Positions 18,027 through 27,063 of a DNA stretch of 64,000 nt are shown piece by piece (positions within the stretch are counted from its first letter, which is position 1; each line of letters begins with the position of its first letter). Source of the DNA: an uncultured Gammaproteobacteria bacterium. Lineage in GTDB: Bacteria; Patescibacteriota; Microgenomatia; Levybacterales; UBA12049. The stretch is from the NCBI GenBank assembly GCA_964537895.1, contig CAZIDK010000002.1:82684-146683 (forward strand), given 5' to 3'. The translations under genes were made by a program, and so were the position numbers. The notes beneath the pieces were generated by a model. The model did not search any database. It was not told the origin of the DNA and saw only the letters and a list, made by a program, of their open reading frames with translations.

Positions 18027-19727
18027 CTATTTGCAGGCGTTAATGAATGCCAAAAATATTGGATGGGGAGACAAAGGCCTGCTTTTGTACTCGGGGTGAC
18101 CTTGTGTACCAAAATAAAAAGGATGAATTTCTTTAGGAAGCTCAACTATTTCTGTTAGGTTTTCAACAACAGACCTGGCGCTTATTATTAAACCTTTATT
18201 TTCAAATTCTTTTGCAAATTCATTGTTAAATTCATACCTATGCCTGTGTCTTTCGCTAGTTAAAGCCTTGCTTTTATTTTTAAAACCATTATATTTGTCG
18301 TATATATCGTAGGTTTGCGTACCTTTTTTTATAATTGCGTCCCAACCGCCAAGTCTCATCGTTCCGCCATAGGCTCTTTTTTTTAAAAGCTGCTTCTGGT
18401 TTGGGATAACGTGTATTACGGTATGCTTTGTTTTCTTATTTTCTTCCGTATCTGCGTCTTTTAAATTGAGTACGTCTCTGGCAAAAGCTACGACTGCAAG
18501 CTGCATCCCGTAACAAAGCCCAAGGTATGGAATTTTACTTTTTCTAGCGTAGGAAGCAGCGGCAATCATTCCCTCCGCTCCTCTTTCCCCCCAGCCAATA
18601 GGAACAATAATTCCGCTTACATTGCCAATAACTTCTTTAATTGCCGTTGATGTATCTTTCCTATCCGCCATAGCCTTGGCGGCGGCGGACTCGACTTTTT
18701 CGGCATCAACCCACCTGGTTTTAACCTTTATACCCTGCTTCCATCCTGCATGATCTATGGCGTCAAAAAGCGCGGCATAAGAATCTCTTAGCTGATATTC
18801 CCCTGTACCGAAGTATTTTCCGACAATTGCAATTTCTACTGTTTTTTTGGCATTTTTCGTGCTTTTTACAAACGCTGTCCATTCCCTAAGATTTGGTTTC
18901 CTAACAGGGAGCCCTAATTTTTTCATAATCTTTTTATCTAGCTCCTGTTTATTGAGAACCAATGGAATCTCGTAAACCGACTGCACATCAGGACTTGAAA
19001 TTACATCATCCTTATGCACATTACAAAAGAGCGCAAGCCTGTCTCTTCTTCTTTGATCGAGATATTTTTCACCTCTTGTGATTATAAAATCGGGCTGAAT
19101 TCCCATTGAATTTAAAGTTCTTACAGAAAGCTGGGTAGGTTTTGTTTTTGGTTCTCCTAAATGTCCCGGAGTCGGAACGTAGCTTACGTGAATGTGAATA
19201 ACGTCCTCTGGCTTTTTTAAAGTCATCATGCGGGAAGCTTCATAGTAAAAAACATTTTGATATTCACCGGTGGTTCCGCCTAATTCTATAATTACAATGT
19301 CCGCTTTCTTATTTTTAGCCAAATTATCAATTCTTGAAATTATCTCGTCTGTTATATACGGAATTGCCTCAACGTCTTCGCCGTTATATTCAAATCTTCT
19401 TTCCCTGTCGATTACCATTTGATAAATACTACCCATTGTTACAAAATTTTCCTTACCCATATCTTCGTTTAGAAATTTTTCGTAGGTTCCAATGTCCATG
19501 TCTGCTTCTGTTCCGTCTTCGCATAAAAACGGATCGCCGTGTTCAATGGGATTAATTGTTCCTGCGTCTAAATTAAGATAATTTTCGAATTTTATCGGGG
19601 CAACTTTGTATCCTGCAGATTTAAGTAGAAGAGCTATTGAAGCCGCAGTTGTTCCTTTACCGATTCCGGATATTACTCCTCCGGAAACAAATATATATTT
19701 TGTGTGTTTAATATTACTACCGGGCAC
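18027..19727 (-). CDS. pyrG: CTP synthase
   Basis: KYIFVSGGVISGIGKG, KTKPTQ, GLCYGMQ, ERHRHRYE, HPEYKS. Confidence 0.97.
   Translation of the reverse strand: MPGSNIKHTKYIFVSGGVISGIGKGTTAASIALLLKSAGYKVAPIKFENYLNLDAGTINPIEHGDPFLCEDGTEADMDIGTYEKFLNEDMGKENFVTMGSIYQMVIDRERRFEYNGEDVEAIPYITDEIISRIDNLAKNKKADIVIIELGGTTGEYQNVFYYEASRMMTLKKPEDVIHIHVSYVPTPGHLGEPKTKPTQLSVRTLNSMGIQPDFIITRGEKYLDQRRRDRLALFCNVHKDDVISSPDVQSVYEIPLVLNKQELDKKIMKKLGLPVRKPNLREWTAFVKSTKNAKKTVEIAIVGKYFGTGEYQLRDSYAALFDAIDHAGWKQGIKVKTRWVDAEKVESAAAKAMADRKDTSTAIKEVIGNVSGIIVPIGWGERGAEGMIAAASYARKSKIPYLGLCYGMQLAVVAFARDVLNLKDADTEENKKTKHTVIHVIPNQKQLLKKRAYGGTMRLGGWDAIIKKGTQTYDIYDKYNGFKNKSKALTSERHRHRYEFNNEFAKEFENKGLIISARSVVENLTEIVELPKEIHPFYFGTQGHPEYKSRPLSPHPIFLAFINACK
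18664..18689. repeat. GC-rich palindrome in frame in pyrG
   Basis: TCCGCC-ATAGCCTTGGCGGC-GGCGGA, encoding SAAAKAMAD on the minus strand. Confidence 0.65.
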
Positions 19728-20376
19728 GATTTACTATATCAAATAAAGGTGACTTCGTCAACCTTTCTATAATTTCTCTTGGCTCAGATATCAAATAGTC
19801 AGGGTCTGATTCCATTAACCTTTTTTTTGAATTAAAACCCCAAGTAACAGCAATAATGGGAATACCAGCTTTACGTGCGGCTTCAATATCTCGAACTTCA
19901 TCTCCGATATACATTACATTTTCTTTATTTAATTTATATTGTCTAATTAGATGAGCTAATACTTTTCCTTTTCCAAACAGATTGCTTTCTGAATGAATAA
20001 AATCAAGCTCAGCAATCCCCTCATTTTTTAAGAAAAGCTCGACATTCTTTATTGAATTAGAAGTAACGATCCCTATTTCAATACCTTGCTTTTTTAAATC
20101 TTGAAATACCTCTGCCATTCCCTCAACGATGGAAATATCTTGAATATTTTGCCTTAGCTTCGACTGAATATCTTTAACTAATCGCAGTAACTTCCAAGGA
20201 GGTAATCGATACGTTTTTAGAAGTTCTCTCATGCTGGAGTTCCTTATTTTTTCGATGTCAGAATTCTTTATCACGGGTAAACTGTAAGCTGGAGCGACTT
20301 CATTGAATAATTTAAGTATTGACTCGAGAGTATTAGCAATTGTTCCGTCAAAATCAAAAATAACTACCTTAGGCAT
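19717..20376 (-). CDS. HAD-superfamily phosphatase (phosphoglycolate phosphatase-like)
   Basis: FDFDGT, VTSN, YIGDEVRDIEAA, VTWGFN. Confidence 0.9.
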   Translation of the reverse strand: MPKVVIFDFDGTIANTLESILKLFNEVAPAYSLPVIKNSDIEKIRNSSMRELLKTYRLPPWKLLRLVKDIQSKLRQNIQDISIVEGMAEVFQDLKKQGIEIGIVTSNSIKNVELFLKNEGIAELDFIHSESNLFGKGKVLAHLIRQYKLNKENVMYIGDEVRDIEAARKAGIPIIAVTWGFNSKKRLMESDPDYLISEPREIIERLTKSPLFDIVNRAR

Positions 20377-20404
20377 AGCATTATTATAGTCTTGCTGTCA
20401 CTTT

Positions 20405-20479
20405 TGGAGCGGCAGACCGGGTTCGAACCGGCGACCTTCTCCTTGGGAAGGAGACATTCTGCCACTGAACTACTGCCGC
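20405..20479 (-). tRNA. tRNA-Gly(CCC) with encoded CCA
   Basis: GCGGCAG/CTGCCGC acceptor; TCTCC-TT CCC AA-GGAGA; GCCGG-TTCGAAC-CCGGT. Confidence 0.95.
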
Positions 20480-20531
20480 AACATAAACACTTCTGTGTTT
20501 TATTATACAGCAATAACAATAAATAGACGAA

Positions 20532-21146
20532 CTATCTTGGCAGTTTTAGAACATTACCGGAATGAATTACGTCTGGATTTACTAATTTATTTGCTTTTGC
20601 AATTTCCACCCATTTATATCCGTCCCCGTATGCTCTTACCGCAATTGTCCAAAGATAATCACCTTTTTGAACGGTATACGTTGATCCTGTTATGGAACTT
20701 GTTTTTTGAGCACTAATTACGGGATCCGCAGTATTTTTAACTATTATTGGTTTTACGTTAGGAATCGTAAGTTTTGTGCCAACGTATAAAAGTCCTGGAT
20801 TTGCTAATTTGTTTGCCTTGGATACATCAACCCAGTTGTAACCCGAACCGTATATTTTTTCTGATATATTCCAGAGATCGTCTCCTTGTTTAACCAGATA
20901 CGTTTTTGGTAATGATTTATTTGCTTGCTGTTCCTGACTCGTAGAAGTTGACTGCGTTGAACTCGTTTCATTAAAGTTTTTACCCTTTAAAAACGAAAAA
21001 ACAAGAACTGCTGCAACTACAACTACAACGATTCCTAAAAACAAACTCGTATAAGACTCTCCCCATTTTACCCTTGAAAAAACACTGCTACGAGCAACGG
21101 ATCTGGAGACAGCTTGTGTTTTGTTATTTTTTTTTGTTTTTGACAT
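20532..21146 (-). CDS. Membrane-anchored protein with two LysM domains
   Basis: TM helix then YLVKQGDDLWNIS and YTVQKGDYLWTIA; true start MSKTKK at 21146 after SD GGAAGGAGG (the longer ORF call runs into tRNA-Asp). Confidence 0.9.
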   Translation of the reverse strand: MSKTKKNNKTQAVSRSVARSSVFSRVKWGESYTSLFLGIVVVVVAAVLVFSFLKGKNFNETSSTQSTSTSQEQQANKSLPKTYLVKQGDDLWNISEKIYGSGYNWVDVSKANKLANPGLLYVGTKLTIPNVKPIIVKNTADPVISAQKTSSITGSTYTVQKGDYLWTIAVRAYGDGYKWVEIAKANKLVNPDVIHSGNVLKLPR

Positions 21147-21189
21147 TTTGTCCTCCTTCCCGGACAGAGGTAAGGAATTTGTTAAGTAT

Positions 21190-21267
21190 TGGCGGGGCGA
21201 ACGGGACTCGAACCCGCGACCTCTTCCGTGACAGGGAAGCGCTCTAACCAAACTGAGCTACCACCCC
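21190..21267 (-). tRNA. tRNA-Asp(GTC) with encoded CCA
   Basis: GGGGTGG/TCGCCCC acceptor; CTTCC-CT GTC AC-GGAAG; GCGGG-TTCGAGT-CCCGT. Confidence 0.95.
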
Positions 21268-21340
21268 AAACTTAACGAATCTACGGGTATCCTAGCAAAT
21301 TGTTGAATTATAGTCAATGCTCTGGTATGATTTTTTTGCT

Positions 21341-23194
21341 ATGAGTAACCTGGAAATAGTAAAGCTTTTTAGAAATGTTGCAGCCGCTTACTCAATAAAA
21401 GATGAAAAAAAATTCCGGTTCCAAATTATTGCATATCAAAAAGCCGCGGACACCGTTTCTAATTTAACTTCGGAAATTATTGACTTCTATAAAGATAATA
21501 AACTGAACACTCTTCCCGGTATTGGAGTAACCATAAAATCTCATCTTGAAGAACTATTTAAAACAAATAAGGTAAAGCAGTTTGAATGGGCTTTGCACGG
21601 AATTCCCGAAGCTGTTTTTCCCTTATTAGATATTCCCTCATTTGGTCCCAAAAAAGTATATAGGCTGGTCAAAGAATTTCATCTTAAAAACTCTAAAACC
21701 GTGCTTGAAGATCTTGAAAAAATTGCAAAGCAGGGGAAAATTGCCAGATTAGCTAGTTTTGGAGATAAATCTCAAAGTGACATTCTTAGAGCAATTGCCG
21801 AGTTCAGACTTGGAAAAGGAAAAACAACCAGAATGACACTCCCATATGCAATGGAGGTAGCCGATAAAGTAGTTTCTTATTTAAAGCAGTCAAAAGACGT
21901 AGTTCGCGCAGAACCTTTGGGAAGTTTAAGACGCAGAATGCCCACAGTCGGCGACATAGATATAGCCGTAGCCACAGATAACCCAAAAGGCGTAATTGAA
22001 TATTTTACCTCATATCCGTATAAAGAACGCATTATTGAAAAAGGCGATACAACCTCCTCAATCTTAGTTTCCGGAGGAAAGCAGGTGGACCTTATGACAC
22101 AGCCCCCGGAGGCTTTTGGGTCGCTTTTACAGCACTTTACAGGCAGCAAAAACCATAACATTCACTTAAGGGAATTCGCTCTCAAGAAAGGATTATCTCT
22201 ATCGGAATATGGCATCAGACGGAAAACGCCCGCCCCGCTTCGCTTGGCGAGGCCGGAGGAAAATGCCCGCCCTGAGCGAGGCCCCGCACCGTCTGGTGCA
22301 GGGCGAGGCCGAAGGGGGAAATGGAAAATGGAAAATTTTTCTACAGAAGAACAATTTTATCATGCTGTCGGCCTAGAGTGGATTCCGCCGGAAATAAGAG
22401 AGAATACGGGCGAGATTGAGTTGGCTTCTCAAAAAAAACTCCCTAAGCTCGTTGAGTTACCGGATATCAAGGGGGACCTGCATATTCACACAAGCTTTCC
22501 CATAGAACCAAGCCATGATTTGGGACAAAACACTATTTTAGAAATGCTGGAAAAAGCAAGACTTTTAAAATATGCGTATTTAGGATTTTCCGAACACAAT
22601 CCCAGTATTTCTAAACATAATTCAAATCAAACTTACTCAATTTTGGCAAGAAGAAATGAAGAAATTGAACATATTTTATTGAGTAATAAAGATGTTCGTA
22701 TATTAAAATTACTCGAAATTGATATATTACCTCACGGAAATCTTGCTATAGATGATAAATCTCTGAATCTCTTAGATGGCGCTATAGTTTCTATTCATAG
22801 CACATTCAACATGAACAAGACCGACATGACGGAAAGAGTTTTAAAGGGTTTGTCGCATAAAAAGGCTAAGATACTCGCTCACCCAACGGGCAGAATGTTA
22901 AATGAAAGACAAGGTTACGAATTGGATTGGAGCAAAATATTTGAATTTTGCAAAAAAAATAATAAGGCCTTGGAAATTAACAGCTGGCCGGGCAGATTAG
23001 ATTTACCCGATATGGTAATTAGAATGGCTGTAGAAGCCAAGGTTAAAATGGTAATAAATACAGACAGTCACGCGGTTTCCCAAATGGAGCTTATGAAGTA
23101 CGGCATTGCAATGGCAAGGAGAGGCTGGGCAACAAAAGATGACATACTCAATACTTTATCGTATAATGAATTCTCCGAGTGGTTAAGAAAATAA
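21341..23194 (+). CDS. polX: DNA polymerase X family with C-terminal PHP domain
   Basis: LPGIG HhH, GSLRR..TVGDIDI, HFTGSK.HN, DLHIHT, AHPTGR, INTDSH. Confidence 0.93.
   Translation: MSNLEIVKLFRNVAAAYSIKDEKKFRFQIIAYQKAADTVSNLTSEIIDFYKDNKLNTLPGIGVTIKSHLEELFKTNKVKQFEWALHGIPEAVFPLLDIPSFGPKKVYRLVKEFHLKNSKTVLEDLEKIAKQGKIARLASFGDKSQSDILRAIAEFRLGKGKTTRMTLPYAMEVADKVVSYLKQSKDVVRAEPLGSLRRRMPTVGDIDIAVATDNPKGVIEYFTSYPYKERIIEKGDTTSSILVSGGKQVDLMTQPPEAFGSLLQHFTGSKNHNIHLREFALKKGLSLSEYGIRRKTPAPLRLARPEENARPERGPAPSGAGRGRRGKWKMENFSTEEQFYHAVGLEWIPPEIRENTGEIELASQKKLPKLVELPDIKGDLHIHTSFPIEPSHDLGQNTILEMLEKARLLKYAYLGFSEHNPSISKHNSNQTYSILARRNEEIEHILLSNKDVRILKLLEIDILPHGNLAIDDKSLNLLDGAIVSIHSTFNMNKTDMTERVLKGLSHKKAKILAHPTGRMLNERQGYELDWSKIFEFCKKNNKALEINSWPGRLDLPDMVIRMAVEAKVKMVINTDSHAVSQMELMKYGIAMARRGWATKDDILNTLSYNEFSEWLRK
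22221..22336. repeat. Composite in-frame insert in polX: GGAAAAT heptamers with nested GC-rich palindromes
   Basis: Direct repeat GGAAAAYGCCCGCCC at 22221 and 22258; hairpin GCCCCGCACC-GTCT-GGTGCAGGGC inside a CCCTGAGCG...CGAAGGG unit. Confidence 0.8.
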
Positions 23195-23209
23195 AAAAGG
23201 AGGTGAAAA

Positions 23210-23761
23210 ATGAATAACAATATTATCATTATATTAATTGCAGTAGGGGTTGTAGCATTTGTTTGGTATCTGTATAACAGCCTCATCGTTACCAAGATGA
23301 GAGTTTCGGAAGCTTTTTCTCAAATAGATGTTCAGCTTAAAAGACGCGCAAATTTAATTCCAAATTTGGTTGAAACAGTTAAGGGTTATGCAAAGCATGA
23401 AAAAGAGCTTTTTGAAAAAGTAACTAAAGAAAGAGCAAACTTAGTATCGGCAAAAAGCTTGGAACAAAAAGCTAAGGCTAATAACCAGCTAACGGAAACT
23501 TTTAAATCAATATTCGCAGTAGCAGAAGCTTATCCTGCCCTTAGGGCAAGTGAAAACTTTCAACAGCTTCAGGAAGAGTTATCTGATACGGAAAACAAAA
23601 TTGCTTACGCAAGGCAGTTTTACAACAGCAATGTTTTGGATTACAATACCAAACTAAAAGTTTTCCCAAGCGTATTATTTGCAAAACTTTTAAGTTTTAA
23701 GGAAGCAGAATTTTTTGGAGCAACCGAAGAAGAAAAAAAAGAAGTAAAAGTTAATTTTTAA
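23210..23761 (+). CDS. lemA: LemA family protein
   Basis: [36 protein letters not shown]. Confidence 0.95.
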   Translation: MNNNIIIILIAVGVVAFVWYLYNSLIVTKMRVSEAFSQIDVQLKRRANLIPNLVETVKGYAKHEKELFEKVTKERANLVSAKSLEQKAKANNQLTETFKSIFAVAEAYPALRASENFQQLQEELSDTENKIAYARQFYNSNVLDYNTKLKVFPSVLFAKLLSFKEAEFFGATEEEKKEVKVNF

Positions 23762-23763
23762 CT

Positions 23764-24651
23764 ATGAACATGTATTCTGCTATTTCTGCAAATAAAAACA
23801 AAACATGGATAATAATGTTGTTATTTGTGGTGGTAATAACAACTATGGTTTATGTATTTAGTCAAGCGCTCGGATACAGCGGATACAGTCTTGCCGGAAT
23901 AGCGCTGGTACTTGCCGGGTTAACAAGTGTCGGAAGCTATTACTACTCCGACAAGTTAGTGCTTGCAACCACTAACGCAAAGCAAATAAAAAAAGAAGAT
24001 TTCCCAAATTATTATAAAACCGTAGAAAACCTGTGCATTGGAGCAGGACTTCCTATGCCAAAAGTTTACATTATGGAAGAAGCTTCTCCAAATGCCTTTG
24101 CAACAGGCAGGGACCCAAAGCACGCTGTAGTCTGCGCAACTACAGGGCTTTTAAAAACACTTAACGACGCAGAACTTGAGGGTGTTATTAGCCACGAACT
24201 TTCCCATATAAAAAATTACGATATCCGTGTACTCGGAATTGTTGCAATTCTTGTCGGATTTATTGCAATTCTTTCTGATCTTTTCATAAGAGCATCTTTT
24301 TATTCCGATTCTAGGGAAAACAAAGGAAATACGATATTTTTAATTTTGGCAATTGTATTTGCTATTCTTTCGCCAATTGCCGCGATATTAATTCAAACCG
24401 CAATTTCCAGGAAGAGAGAGTACTTAGCAGATGCTTCAGGCGTACTCCTAACAAGATATCCGGAAGCATTAGCCTCGGCTTTAGAAAAGCTTGCAAAAGA
24501 TAAAACTGCACCAAAAAATGCAAGTAATGCTACTGCTCATTTATACATCGAGAATCCATTTGACAATAAAAAAGTAAAAAATTTCTTTACAGGTCTTTTT
24601 AACACCCACCCGCCGCTTGAAGACAGAATACGAATCCTCCGTTCGATGTGA
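23764..24651 (+). CDS. htpX: Zinc metalloprotease HtpX (M48)
   Basis: PNAFATGR, HELSH, SR.REYLADA, THPP..DRI. Confidence 0.93.
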   Translation: MNMYSAISANKNKTWIIMLLFVVVITTMVYVFSQALGYSGYSLAGIALVLAGLTSVGSYYYSDKLVLATTNAKQIKKEDFPNYYKTVENLCIGAGLPMPKVYIMEEASPNAFATGRDPKHAVVCATTGLLKTLNDAELEGVISHELSHIKNYDIRVLGIVAILVGFIAILSDLFIRASFYSDSRENKGNTIFLILAIVFAILSPIAAILIQTAISRKREYLADASGVLLTRYPEALASALEKLAKDKTAPKNASNATAHLYIENPFDNKKVKNFFTGLFNTHPPLEDRIRILRSM

Positions 24652-24662
24652 TGCAAAGCATC

Positions 24663-24730
24663 ATCCTGAGCTTATCGCACATTCGACATAGCTCAGTGCG
24701 ATACTGAGTTTAGCGAATGTATCGAAGGAT
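24663..24730. repeat. Nested TGAG-N4/5-TCGAA REP-like element
   Basis: Outer ATCC-TGAG-CTTA-TCG[47 bp insert]AA-GGAT; the insert is two back-to-back hairpins of the same loop type; homologous to 35457-35534 in reverse. Confidence 0.8.
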
Positions 24731-24737
24731 AAATAAT

Positions 24738-26018
24738 ATGATCAATGTCTTGATAATTCTAATCGGAAAGGTTCTCTCTTTTTTGAGTAAAAATTTAAAC
24801 TTGGGACATGGATCAACTTGGCCGGGACATATTGCCCTAAAGATAAATAAAAATTTTATAAAGCAAACAATTGGGTCAAAAACCAAAGTCGTTCTCGTAG
24901 CAGGAACAAATGGAAAAACTACCACTTCTGCTCTTACTTGTCACATTCTTAAACAGAATGGATTTTCGGTAGTTCAAAATAAAAGCGGTGCTAACCTACT
25001 TAACGGAGCGGCATCAGCTATTATTCAAGGAATTAGACCATTTTCATCAAAGACTGACCAAGACTATTTGATTTTGGAAGTTGATGAAAACAATCTGCCT
25101 CTTGTTATAAACCAAACAAATCCATCCTATATCATTGCATTAGACTTGTTCCGTGATCAACTCGATAGATATGGTGAGGTTTATTCAATTATTAATAAAT
25201 GGAAAAATGCTTTTGAAAAACTTAGTAACAATAGTACGTTAATTCTAAATGCCGATGATCCTCAGGTTTCTTACCTTGGTAAAAATCTGAAATCAAAGGT
25301 AATATACTTTGGACTTAATGAAAATGATCAAGAAATAATTGAACACGGAGCAGATTCTATTTTCTGTCCAAAATGTCAACATCTGCTGGATTATAAATCT
25401 ATTACTTTTTCCCATCTTGGGAATTGGTTTTGCTCAAACTGCAATGAAAAAAGACCATCTCTAAATATTTCAAAATTTGAGATTTATCCCATTCCCGGCA
25501 CTTATAATAAGTATAATACTCTAGCTGCAATTTTATTAACAACTGATCAAGGATTATCTGGCAAGCAAATAACTGAAGCATTTAAATCCTTCAAGCCTGC
25601 TTTCGGAAGACAGGAAGAGTTCGAGGTTAATGGTAAAAAAACAAAAATATTTTTATCAAAAAATCCTACTAGCTTTAATGAGTCGCTATCAACTATTTCA
25701 GACCTAAACGCTAAAAATTTATTAATCGTTCTTAACGACAGAGTTCCTGATGGATTGGATATATCATGGATATGGGATACAAACACATCTCTTTTAGGAA
25801 ATATTTCAAACATTACAGTTTCCGGTGATAGGGCCTACGACATGGCTTTGAGAATCAAGTATTCCGGGCTTAAAAATTTCCATATTTTTGAAGATCTTTC
25901 AGATGCGATAAAACAATCTTTAGAGAAAACAAAATTCGGCGAAACACTATTTATTCTTCCTACATATTCCGCAATGCTTGAAACAAGAAAAATATTAACC
26001 GGCAAAAAAATATTATGA
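24738..26018 (+). CDS. murT: Lipid II isoglutaminyl synthase subunit MurT (Mur ligase + DUF1727)
   Basis: GTNGKTTT, GANL..G, LFRDQLDRYGE, CxxC...CxxC zinc finger, DG.DISWIWD, LPTYSAML. Confidence 0.9.
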   Translation: MINVLIILIGKVLSFLSKNLNLGHGSTWPGHIALKINKNFIKQTIGSKTKVVLVAGTNGKTTTSALTCHILKQNGFSVVQNKSGANLLNGAASAIIQGIRPFSSKTDQDYLILEVDENNLPLVINQTNPSYIIALDLFRDQLDRYGEVYSIINKWKNAFEKLSNNSTLILNADDPQVSYLGKNLKSKVIYFGLNENDQEIIEHGADSIFCPKCQHLLDYKSITFSHLGNWFCSNCNEKRPSLNISKFEIYPIPGTYNKYNTLAAILLTTDQGLSGKQITEAFKSFKPAFGRQEEFEVNGKKTKIFLSKNPTSFNESLSTISDLNAKNLLIVLNDRVPDGLDISWIWDTNTSLLGNISNITVSGDRAYDMALRIKYSGLKNFHIFEDLSDAIKQSLEKTKFGETLFILPTYSAMLETRKILTGKKIL

Positions 26019-26773
26019 AATACAAATTGACAATCGGTTGGCTATATCCCAAGCTCATGAACGTATATGGTGATCGTGGTAACGTAATTACACTGCAAAA
26101 AAGATGTGAATGGCGAGATATTGAAGTGGAAATAAAATATTTGGACGCTCCCCTTTTAGAAAAAGACCTCGAAAAATGTGATTTGCTTATGATGGGCGGA
26201 GCGCAGGATGAACAACAAGAGATTGTTTCAGATGATTTGAAGAAAAAAAACAAAGCACTTAACTCAGCAATCGAAAAAGGAATCCCCGGTCTTTATGTTT
26301 GCGGAGCGTATCAATTCCTTGGAAATTATTATAAAGATGCAAGTGGGACAGAAATTCCCGGCCTTGGAATTTTTGACCTTTATACTATAAATCCCGGTGA
26401 AAACTCAAAAAGATTGATTGGAAATATTGTTACGGAATCGTCAATGGTAAATGGTCAATCGTCAGTTTTAGTAGGTTTTGAAAATCACGGAGGAAGAACT
26501 TATCTTGGAAAGAACACTAAACCATTGGGAACTGTAGTTTCCGGCTTTGGCAATAACGGGAATGATAAAACAGAAGGAGCTATTTACAAAAATTCTATCG
26601 GAACATATTTCCACGGTCCCATTCTGCCAAAAAACCCAAGACTTGCTGACTTCCTTATTGAAAAAGCGCTTGAAATAAAATACAAAAAGAAAATTATCCT
26701 TGAAAAATTGGACGACTCATTTGCCGAAAACGCGAGAAAAGTGATTGCCAAAAGACTGTCCATTGCAATATAA
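26015..26773 (+). CDS. gatD: Glutamine amidotransferase subunit GatD (CobQ-like)
   Basis: LYP.LMNVYGDRGN, VCGAYQ.LG, GFENHGGRT, TY.HGP.LPKN. Confidence 0.9.
   Translation: MKYKLTIGWLYPKLMNVYGDRGNVITLQKRCEWRDIEVEIKYLDAPLLEKDLEKCDLLMMGGAQDEQQEIVSDDLKKKNKALNSAIEKGIPGLYVCGAYQFLGNYYKDASGTEIPGLGIFDLYTINPGENSKRLIGNIVTESSMVNGQSSVLVGFENHGGRTYLGKNTKPLGTVVSGFGNNGNDKTEGAIYKNSIGTYFHGPILPKNPRLADFLIEKALEIKYKKKIILEKLDDSFAENARKVIAKRLSIAI
26436..26463 (+). repeat. 7-bp tandem array in frame in gatD
   Basis: AATCGTC AATGGTA AATGGTC AATCGTC (SSMVNGQSS). Confidence 0.65.
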
Positions 26774-26781
26774 TAACCTTG

Positions 26782-27063
26782 ATGAAAATTGACGTTTCTC
26801 ATATTGCAAAACTGGCTAATTTACCTTTATCCTCAACCGAAAAAACGAAATTTGAAAAACAGCTTGGGGAGACTCTAGAATACATTGAAAGCCTCAACGA
26901 GGTAAAAACAGGAAGCGCTGAGCCGACAAGCCAGGTTACCGGACTTGAAAATATCACCAGAGATGATACCGCTAAACCGTCACTTTCCCAAAACGAGGCA
27001 TTAGCAAACGCAAAATCAACACATAATGGATTTTTTAAAGTAAAGGCTATATTTGAAGAATGA
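26782..27063 (+). CDS. gatC: Asp/Glu-tRNA amidotransferase subunit C
   Basis: V.HIAKLANL, EPT, RDD, L.NA.....GFFKV. Confidence 0.9.
   Translation: MKIDVSHIAKLANLPLSSTEKTKFEKQLGETLEYIESLNEVKTGSAEPTSQVTGLENITRDDTAKPSLSQNEALANAKSTHNGFFKVKAIFEE

Noticed and set aside
21147-21251. N-terminal extension of the LysM ORF
   Set aside because: It reads through tRNA-Asp; the real start is the SD-preceded ATG at 21146.
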